Shown: piece after piece, positions 57,572-64,000 of the stretch | Position numbering within the stretch: position 1 is the stretch's first letter | Layout of the letters: every line of letters begins with the position of its first letter | Source of the DNA: an uncultured Rhodobacter sp. | GTDB taxonomy: Bacteria; Pseudomonadota; Alphaproteobacteria; Rhodobacterales; Rhodobacteraceae | Assembly: GCA_964567685.1 (NCBI GenBank) | Contig: CAZMNO010000011.1 | Span: forward strand, 1,276-65,275 | DNA: 64,000 bases | Direction of reading: 5' to 3' | The notes under the pieces: generated by a model | Databases searched by the model: none | What the model was told of the DNA's origin: nothing | Seen by the model: only the letters and a program-made list of their open reading frames with translations | Made by a program: the position numbers and the translations under genes

Positions 57572-57909
57572 GCGCCGCAGAAACAATTGTGCTGGTTCTG
57601 AGCTGGATTTTCATCCTCACGGGATCTTTTTTCACCATCATCGGGGCCTTTGGCACCTGGCGCTTTCCCGATTTCTGGTCGCGCCTTCACGCCGCCTCGA
57701 TCACCGATTCAGCGGGTGTGATCCTGCTTCTGGTTGGCATGTGTCTGCAGGCCGGTCCGACTCTGATTGCCGTGAAACTGATCATCATCGGCGTCTTTTT
57801 GTTCATCACAGGGCCAACCGCAACGCATGCGGTGGCAAATGCGGCGCTGGTCTCTGGATTGCGCCCAAAAGAGGCGGAAGGGCTGAAAGGGGCAGAACCG
57901 GAGAGCTGA
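57568..57909 (+). CDS. mrpG: Mrp/Mnh-type antiporter subunit G
   Basis: 113-aa 3-TM ORF with GAFGTWRFPDFWSRLHAASITDSAG (MrpG signature). 4-bp overlap with mrpF. Confidence 0.85.
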   Translation: MSAAETIVLVLSWIFILTGSFFTIIGAFGTWRFPDFWSRLHAASITDSAGVILLLVGMCLQAGPTLIAVKLIIIGVFLFITGPTATHAVANAALVSGLRPKEAEGLKGAEPES

Positions 57910-57989
57910 GGCGTCGCCTGAGCGGATAACCGGCAGTAAACTATGGCAGGTCCAAAATAGAAACCTTCATCAACATAATCCTGTTTCTG

Positions 57990-58517
57990 ATGCTCGTAGC
58001 AACGGCCTTTGCCGTGGTGCGGATGCGCAGCCTATTTGCCATCGTCATGCTGTCAGGCGTCTTCAGCCTGCTCTCAGCACTCCTGTTCGTCACCCTTGAT
58101 GCGGTTGACGTCGCCTTTACCGAAGCAGCGGTCGGCGCAGGCATTTCAACGGTTCTGATGCTGGGCACGCTCGCCCTGACCTCACGTTTTGAGCGGCCAA
58201 CGAGCCGCTCCCCGGCGCTGCCATTGTTTGTGGTTCTGGTGACCGGAGCGGCGCTGATCTACGGCACGCTTGATATGCCGAATTTCGGCGATCCGAATGC
58301 ACCCGCGCAACAACATGTCGCTCCGGAATATCTACAGCAAAGCCCGCACGAAATCGGCGTACCCAACGTGGTCACAGGCATTCTGGCCAGCTATCGCGGT
58401 TTTGACACGCTGGGGGAAACCGCCGTCGTCTTCACCGCCGGGATCGGTGTTCTCTTGCTGATCAGCGGTTTGCGCCGTCGCCGCGAAAACGATGAAGAAG
58501 AAGAGGGGCAGAGCTGA
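57990..58517 (+). CDS. DUF4040 / MbhD-like membrane subunit (equivalent to the C-terminal MrpA domain)
   Basis: 175-aa ORF. SALLFVTLDAVDVAFTEAAVGAGIS is the DUF4040 core. The frame is open back to 57930 with a hydrophobic IETFINIILFL extension but no ATG/GTG/TTG, so the true start is uncertain. Confidence 0.78.
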   Translation: MLVATAFAVVRMRSLFAIVMLSGVFSLLSALLFVTLDAVDVAFTEAAVGAGISTVLMLGTLALTSRFERPTSRSPALPLFVVLVTGAALIYGTLDMPNFGDPNAPAQQHVAPEYLQQSPHEIGVPNVVTGILASYRGFDTLGETAVVFTAGIGVLLLISGLRRRRENDEEEEGQS

Positions 58518-58957
58518 TGCGCCATCACCTGATCCTCAGAGTTGTCACCAAACTGCTTGTCGGCGCCATCATCCTTTATGCGTTTTACGTCCAGTTCCAC
58601 GGTGATTTCTCACCCGGCGGTGGCTTTCAGGCTGGCGTAATCATGGCCGTGGCCTTCATCATTTACGGTGTCGTGTTCAGCCGTGCGCAGGCCGAACAGG
58701 TGTTCCCCCCCTGGCTCGTGCATAAATTGCTGGCACTTGGCGTGCTGATCTATGCCGGCACCGGGATTTACAGCCTGTTTATGGGCTATGCCTATCTCGA
58801 CTACGGCGCCTTCGACCCACATCACCCCGAACATGGCCAGCATACCGGCATCCTGCTGGTGGAACTTGGCGTCGGCATCACGGTGACCGGCGTCATGGTG
58901 GCGATCTACTACGCCTTCTCGGCCCGCACTCCTAAAATCAGCGACGAGGAATGGTGA
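58517..58957 (+). CDS. mrpB: Mrp/Mnh-type antiporter subunit B
   Basis: 146-aa 4-TM ORF with HGDFSPGGGFQAG (MnhB motif). The start overlaps the preceding stop. Confidence 0.85.
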   Translation: MRHHLILRVVTKLLVGAIILYAFYVQFHGDFSPGGGFQAGVIMAVAFIIYGVVFSRAQAEQVFPPWLVHKLLALGVLIYAGTGIYSLFMGYAYLDYGAFDPHHPEHGQHTGILLVELGVGITVTGVMVAIYYAFSARTPKISDEEW

Positions 58958-59394
58958 TGGGCAGCGAAATCACCTGGGAATTTCTTGTCGGACACGTCAA
59001 TTACTGGCTCTTCACTGTTCTGATGATGACCGGGCTTTATATCGTCGTGGCCAAAGGCAATCTGGTAAAAAAGGTCGTCGGGCTTAATATCTTTCAGACC
59101 TCGGTTTTCATGCTTTACATCTCGATGGGCAAGGTCACCGGTGGCACCGCCCCGATCTTCCCGGCAGATATGGAGATCGATCCGGAGGTCGTTTATTCCA
59201 ACCCGCTGCCGCATGTGCTGATCCTGACGGCAATTGTCGTTGGCATTGCCACAACATCGCTGGCACTGGCGCTGATCGTGCGTATCCGCGAGGAATACGA
59301 CACAATCGAGGAAGATGGAATTCTTGAGATAGAACAAGAACTTGCCCGGGTTGAAAACCTCGAACACGGCCAGGTCATGGGTGGACGCGCGTAA
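58951..59394 (+). CDS. mrpC: Mrp/Mnh-type antiporter subunit C (NuoK-like) with an acidic C-terminal extension
   Basis: 147-aa ORF with a NuoK/MnhC-like 3-TM core (GLNIFQTSVFMLYIS...LTAIVVGIATTSLALAL) plus a ~35-aa acidic tail. Confidence 0.82.
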   Translation: MVMGSEITWEFLVGHVNYWLFTVLMMTGLYIVVAKGNLVKKVVGLNIFQTSVFMLYISMGKVTGGTAPIFPADMEIDPEVVYSNPLPHVLILTAIVVGIATTSLALALIVRIREEYDTIEEDGILEIEQELARVENLEHGQVMGGRA

Positions 59395-60920
59395 TGGCAT
59401 CTGAAAGCGTTCCGCACACGGCCTTGACGTTGGCCGACCACCTGCCAATTCTGGTGGTGCTGGTTCCCTTTGTGGCGGCTCCGCTTTGCGTTTTGCTGGG
59501 AAACCGGCAGCTCGCCTGGCTGATTGCACTTCTGGCAAGTGCCGCCTCGTTCGTCGTGTCCTTCCTTTTGTTGATGCAGGTGATAAATGGCGGGCTGATT
59601 TCCTATCACATCGGCGGCTGGGCCCCGCCATTGGGGATCGAATACCGGGTTGATGCGGCCAATGCCTTTGTTCTTTTGCTGGTCTCCGCCATTGGCACGA
59701 TCATCCTGACCTATGCAGGCCAAAGCCTGAAGGACGAGGTGCCCGTTCGCCATCACACGCTTTTCTATACCGCCTATCTTCTGTGCCTCACCGGCCTTCT
59801 GGGCGTTGCCATTACCGGGGATGCGTTCAACGTCTTCGTCTTCCTCGAGATTTCCTCGCTGGCGACCTATGTTCTGATCGCCCAAGGTTCTTATCGCGAC
59901 AAACGCGCCCTTTCGGCGGCTTATGATTACCTGATCATGGGCACCATCGGCGCCACCTTCTTTGTCATCGGGCTTGGCCTTCTCTACATGATGACGGGAA
60001 CGCTCAACATGGCCGACCTGGCCGAGCGCATTGCCGAGCAGGGCTCAAACCGCACCATCCGCGCCGCTTTTGCTTTCATCGTCGTCGGTATCGGGCTGAA
60101 AGTGGCGATCTATCCTTTGCATCTATGGCTGCCCAATGCCTATACATTCGCCCCCTCGGTCGTCACCTCGTTTCTGGCAGCAACGGCGACCAAAGTCGCG
60201 GTCTATGTGTTGCTCCGCTTTCTCTTTTCGGTCTTTCAACCGGCGTTCATGTTTCAGGTCAACACGCTTGAATTCATCATCCTGCCCTTTGCCGTCATGG
60301 CCATGTTCGCAGCCTCATTCATTGCGATATTCCAAAGTGATTTCAAACGGATGTTGGCCTATTCCTCGGTCGCCCAGATCGGCTATATGCTGCTTGGCAT
60401 CAGCCTGCTAACCGATACCGGGCTATCAGCGGCCATCGTGCATCTGTTCAACCACGGCATCACCAAAGCCGCTCTATTCATGGGGGTCGGGGCATTTGCC
60501 TTGCGCGCCGGGGGCTCGTTTTATTCGCAGATCGCCGGAATGGGCAAAGCCATGCCTTGGACAAGTGCGGCCATCGCCATCGCCGGGCTCAGCCTGATCG
60601 GCATACCGGGAACCGCGGGTTTCATCAGCAAATGGGTGCTGGTCGAAGCGGCGCTTGAAAAAGGCTGGTGGCCGGTGGCCCTGCTGGTAGTTCTGTCATC
60701 ATTGCTGGCAGTGATCTATGTCTGGCGGGTGATCGAAACCATGTATCTGCAAACGCCTGACGAAGGCCGGGTAACCAGCGAAGCCCCGCTTTCCATGGTG
60801 ATCCCGATCTGGATCATGGCGCTGGCCTGCATCTGGTTCGGGCTTGATACCGATCTGACTTTAACCGCGTCCCGCACCGCAGCCGAAGGGTTGCTGGCAG
60901 GATCCGCCGGGTTGCAGTGA
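59394..60920 (+). CDS. mrpD: Mrp subunit D-like proton-conducting membrane transporter (NuoL/M/N family), copy 1
   Basis: 508-aa ORF with ~14 TM helices. WLPNAY, AYSSVAQIGYML and HGITKAALFM are typical of the NuoM/N/MrpD family. Confidence 0.85.
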   Translation: MASESVPHTALTLADHLPILVVLVPFVAAPLCVLLGNRQLAWLIALLASAASFVVSFLLLMQVINGGLISYHIGGWAPPLGIEYRVDAANAFVLLLVSAIGTIILTYAGQSLKDEVPVRHHTLFYTAYLLCLTGLLGVAITGDAFNVFVFLEISSLATYVLIAQGSYRDKRALSAAYDYLIMGTIGATFFVIGLGLLYMMTGTLNMADLAERIAEQGSNRTIRAAFAFIVVGIGLKVAIYPLHLWLPNAYTFAPSVVTSFLAATATKVAVYVLLRFLFSVFQPAFMFQVNTLEFIILPFAVMAMFAASFIAIFQSDFKRMLAYSSVAQIGYMLLGISLLTDTGLSAAIVHLFNHGITKAALFMGVGAFALRAGGSFYSQIAGMGKAMPWTSAAIAIAGLSLIGIPGTAGFISKWVLVEAALEKGWWPVALLVVLSSLLAVIYVWRVIETMYLQTPDEGRVTSEAPLSMVIPIWIMALACIWFGLDTDLTLTASRTAAEGLLAGSAGLQ

Positions 60921-60924
60921 GGCG

Positions 60925-62391
60925 ATGACAGTGGACACCAACACAGCCCTTTTGCTGACGATGCTGATCCCGACGGGTGCGGTCGCAACCAACCTTCTCT
61001 TGCGCAATGCTCCTGATCTCAGGGATTTGGCAACACTGGCGGCAGCGGTTGGCACTTTCATCTGCGTCATGGTCATTCTGGCAAATGTCGGCAACGGCAC
61101 GACGGAAACGCTGGCAATCTTTTCGGTGCTGCCCGGCCTTGATCTGGCGTTTAATGTCGAACCCCTGGGCCTTCTGTTTGCCATTGTCGCCTCGGGTCTG
61201 TGGATCCTCACCCATATCTATGGTGTCGGCTATATGCGCGGCAATAACGAGGCCAACCACACGCGCTTCTTCGCCTCCTTTTCGCTGGCCATCGCTGCCG
61301 TCATGGGCATCGCCTTTGCCGCCAACATGTTCACGCTTTTCCTGTTTTACGAGCTTCTGACGGTTTCAACCTATCCGCTGGTCGCCCATAAAGGCACGCC
61401 CGAGGCGATCCGGGGCGCGCGCACCTATCTCGGCGTCCTGATCGGCACCTCGATCGGGTTGCAATTGGTGGCGATCATCTGGACATGGTCGCTGACCGGT
61501 ACGCTGGACTTCACCAAGGGTGGGATACTGGAAGGCAAACTCGCCGGGCCAATGGTCGCCGTCCTGCTGGGGCTTTACGCTTTTGGCATAGGCAAAGCCG
61601 CCCTGATGCCGTTTCACCGCTGGCTGCCGGCAGCGATGGTCGCCCCTACACCGGTTTCAGCCCTTCTGCACGCGGTTGCAGTGGTGAAAGCCGGTGTTTT
61701 CACCATGCTCAAGGTCGGTGTCTACATCTTCGGAATCGACTATCTGGCGGCCACCGGGGCGTCGGAATGGCTGATGTGGCTGGCTGCGTTTTCCATTATC
61801 GCCGCCTCGGTGGTGGCGCTGACCAAAGACAACCTCAAGGCGCGGCTGGCCTATTCCACCGTCAGCCAACTCAGCTACATCACCCTTGGCATGGCACTGG
61901 CTACCTCAATGGGGGCGCTTGGTGGCGGGATGCACATCGCCATGCACGCCATGGGCAAGATCACGCTTTTCATGTGCGCAGGCTCGATCTACGTCGCCAC
62001 CCACAAAACCGATATCAGCCAGATGACCGGTCTTGGCCGCATGATGCCAATCACCTTCGGTGCCTTTCTGATCGGCGCACTCTCGATCATCGGCCTGCCG
62101 CCGATGGGGGGCTCGTGGTCAAAGTGGCTGCTGATCCTTGGCGCAGCTGACACCGGCCAATGGGTGATGATCGGGGTTCTGATGGCAAGCTCGATCCTCA
62201 ACGTCGCCTATCTGCTGCCGCTTGTCGGCAAGGGCTTTTTTCTCAAGGATGAAAGCCAGCCCGAGGAGTGGTCCGAGGCCGGGGTGCTGGTCTGGCTGCC
62301 ACCTGCACTGACCGCGATTGGCACGGTGGTTCTGTTTTTCATGGCGGGCGATCTGCAGGCATTCCTAATGCCGATCGTTTCGGCAAACTGA
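60925..62391 (+). CDS. mrpD: Mrp subunit D-like proton-conducting membrane transporter (NuoL/M/N family), copy 2
   Basis: 488-aa ORF with FHRWLPAAMVAPTPVSALLHAVAVVKAG and AYSTVSQLSYI motifs. Confidence 0.85.
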   Translation: MTVDTNTALLLTMLIPTGAVATNLLLRNAPDLRDLATLAAAVGTFICVMVILANVGNGTTETLAIFSVLPGLDLAFNVEPLGLLFAIVASGLWILTHIYGVGYMRGNNEANHTRFFASFSLAIAAVMGIAFAANMFTLFLFYELLTVSTYPLVAHKGTPEAIRGARTYLGVLIGTSIGLQLVAIIWTWSLTGTLDFTKGGILEGKLAGPMVAVLLGLYAFGIGKAALMPFHRWLPAAMVAPTPVSALLHAVAVVKAGVFTMLKVGVYIFGIDYLAATGASEWLMWLAAFSIIAASVVALTKDNLKARLAYSTVSQLSYITLGMALATSMGALGGGMHIAMHAMGKITLFMCAGSIYVATHKTDISQMTGLGRMMPITFGAFLIGALSIIGLPPMGGSWSKWLLILGAADTGQWVMIGVLMASSILNVAYLLPLVGKGFFLKDESQPEEWSEAGVLVWLPPALTAIGTVVLFFMAGDLQAFLMPIVSAN

Positions 62392-62397
62392 GATAAC

Positions 62398-62748
62398 GTG
62401 ATGGATAACAAGACACAGGACAATACGGACAGCTTTTCGCCACTGGCGCGCCTGTTCCTCTGGGCGGACAATCCAAATTCCGTTAGCAAGCTCGTCTATG
62501 GGCTCTACGCCCTTTGCGCAGTGTTGTTCCTTGTGGATTTTGCCTATCACAAGCACGTCTATCTTGAGGTCGAGGAAATCCCCGGTTTCTACGCGCTTTA
62601 CGGCTTCATCATGTGCACATTGCTGGTGATCAGTGCAAAGGGAATGCGTGTCTTCCTGAAACGGGATGAGGACTACTACGCGCCCCATGATGTTGAGAGT
62701 GAGGAGCATCCGGAAGATCAGCTTGAAAAGGTGAACCACGATGGCTGA
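62398..62748 (+). CDS. Small 2-TM protein embedded in the Mrp-like operon
   Basis: 116-aa ORF with two hydrophobic helices (LVYGLYALCAVLFLVDFAY, FYALYGFIMCTLLVISA) and an acidic C-terminus. Its stop overlaps the next gene's start. Confidence 0.5.
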   Translation: MMDNKTQDNTDSFSPLARLFLWADNPNSVSKLVYGLYALCAVLFLVDFAYHKHVYLEVEEIPGFYALYGFIMCTLLVISAKGMRVFLKRDEDYYAPHDVESEEHPEDQLEKVNHDG

Positions 62749-64000
62749 GCTCTTCCCGGTTGCATTCATCTTCTTCGCAGGGGCTGCGTTGTTGCTGGCC
62801 CTGCCCAAGGGCGTCTTGCGCGCGACGCTGCTTCTGGTCGTGCCGGTCATGTCCGGATTGACGATCTGGTCGATGCCCGAGGGCAGCTTCTGGACCGTGA
62901 GCCTGATGGGGCTCGATCTGGAATTCATGCGGGTGGACAAGCTCTCTCGCATTTTCGGGCTGATCTTTTCGCTGGCGGCGTTTTTGGGCAACCTCTACGC
63001 TTGGCATGTGCGCGATACGGTGCAACAGGTGGCGGCGCTGCTTTATGCGGGCTCGGCCATTGGCGCGGTTTTCTCAGGTGATCTGATCACGCTCTTCCTG
63101 TTCTGGGAAGGCACGGCGATTGCGTCCGTCTTCCTGATCTGGGCGCGCCGCAGCGAGGGCGCTTATCACACCGGCCTGCGCTACCTGATCATCCAGATCG
63201 GTTCGGGCGTTCTGCTGCTGGCAGGTGCCGCCCTTTACCACCGCGAGACCGGTTCACTGGCCTTTGAAGCGATGGTTCTGGGTTCTCCGGCAACATGGGC
63301 GATTTTCATGGCCTTTGGCATCAAGGCCGCCTTTCCACTGTTGCACAACTGGCTGCAGGATGCCTATCCGGCGGCGACGGTTACCGGCACCGTGATCCTG
63401 TCGGCCTTCACCACCAAGCTGGCGATTTATGCGCTGGCACGCGGTTTCGCGGGCACCGAAATCCTGATCTATATTGGCGCGGCGATGACGTTGTTCCCGA
63501 TCTTCTATGCGGTGATCGAGAACGACTTGCGCCGGGTTCTGGCCTATTCGCTGAACAACCAGTTGGGTTTCATGGTGGTGGGCATTGGCGTTGGCACCGA
63601 GCTTGCGCTCAATGGTACGGCGGCCCATGCCTTTGCGCATATCCTTTACAAGGCGCTCTTGTTCATGTCGGTCGGTGCTGTGCTGTTCCGCACGGGCACG
63701 GCCAAGGGGTCAGAGCTTGGCGGGCTATACAAGACCATGCCGCTGACGATGATCTTTTGCGTGGTTGGTGCAGCTTCCATTTCGGCCTTCCCGCTGTTTT
63801 CGGGTTTCGTTACCAAATCGCTGATCGTGTCAGCCTCGGCCAAGGAACATTATAACATCATCTGGGCGATCCTGCTGTTCGCCTCGGCCGGTGTGTTCCA
63901 CCATTCCGGCATCAAGATCCCCTATTTCGCGTTCTTTTCGCATGATAGCGGAAAGCGCCCAAAAGAAGCGCCGACTCATATGCTGCTGGCGATGGGGATC
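62741..64000 (+). CDS. Mrp subunit D/A-like proton-conducting membrane transporter (NuoL/M/N family), copy 3; 3' end outside the window
   Basis: Not in the ORF track because it runs off the edge. My translation from ATG 62741 is MAELFPVAFIFFAGAALLLALP...FPLLHNWLQDAYPAATVTGTVILSAFTTKLAIYAL...LAYSLNNQLGFMVVGIG...HAFAHILYKALLFM..., open to the window end. Confidence 0.8.
   Translation, partial: MAELFPVAFIFFAGAALLLALPKGVLRATLLLVVPVMSGLTIWSMPEGSFWTVSLMGLDLEFMRVDKLSRIFGLIFSLAAFLGNLYAWHVRDTVQQVAALLYAGSAIGAVFSGDLITLFLFWEGTAIASVFLIWARRSEGAYHTGLRYLIIQIGSGVLLLAGAALYHRETGSLAFEAMVLGSPATWAIFMAFGIKAAFPLLHNWLQDAYPAATVTGTVILSAFTTKLAIYALARGFAGTEILIYIGAAMTLFPIFYAVIENDLRRVLAYSLNNQLGFMVVGIGVGTELALNGTAAHAFAHILYKALLFMSVGAVLFRTGTAKGSELGGLYKTMPLTMIFCVVGAASISAFPLFSGFVTKSLIVSASAKEHYNIIWAILLFASAGVFHHSGIKIPYFAFFSHDSGKRPKEAPTHMLLAMGI

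Overview
High-GC, densely coding chromosomal segment. It looks alphaproteobacterial and Rhodobacterales-like, based on GcrA, EI-Ntr PtsP, a DUF1178 protein and the gene style. No GC values or database searches were run; every call comes from reading the ORF translations and the DNA.

Contents in order:
- An SDR and acyl-CoA ligase pair, divergent from a three-subunit molybdenum hydroxylase (FAD, 2Fe-2S and Mo subunits) with a tightly linked MoaD/ThiS-like GG-terminated protein.
- A secreted protein with a peptidoglycan-binding domain.
- paaABCDE, plus an extra PaaA-like ferritin-fold gene and paaX.
- A small membrane protein, TerC and an EamA transporter.
- tRNA-Gly(GCC), followed by about 1.1 kb of AT-richer, essentially non-coding DNA that looks like a decayed integrated islet.
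- A class-V aminotransferase and a polyprenyl-phosphate-sugar glycosylation pair (GT2-GtrA fusion plus an ArnT-like GT39).
- A nucleobase-deaminase-like amidohydrolase, a Tat cupredoxin, an SRAP peptidase and SelO.
- A chimeric sulfatase/FAD-oxidoreductase reading frame carrying an in-frame TAG.
- argF-argD, an orphan ABC-2 permease, gcrA, a NUDIX hydrolase, DUF1178, an SDR, lysC and ptsP.
- A GNAT, a flavin reductase, mtnP, an SDR-DoxX fusion, DUF2269, DUF1989 and apt.
- A soxR and VOC divergent pair with a clear SoxR box.
- nadE, a secreted protein with 18 MORN repeats and a downstream secreted partner.
- A TetR / 4-TM / membrane-anchored cytochrome c'-like operon.
- leuA, preceded by a Leu-rich leader ORF and alternative hairpins.
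- A phosphomannomutase and kdsA-kpsE-kpsT.
- A non-canonical Mrp/Mbh-type operon (E-F-G-DUF4040-B-C-D-D-small ORF-D) that runs off the window.

No CRISPR array, transposase, integrase, rRNA or recognisable defence system was seen.

The observations most worth following up are:
- the Mrp-like module and its embedded 116-aa ORF
- the leuA leader
- the chimeric pseudogene
- the PaaA-like paralogue
- the tRNA-Gly islet
- a 46-nt structured intergenic repeat present twice
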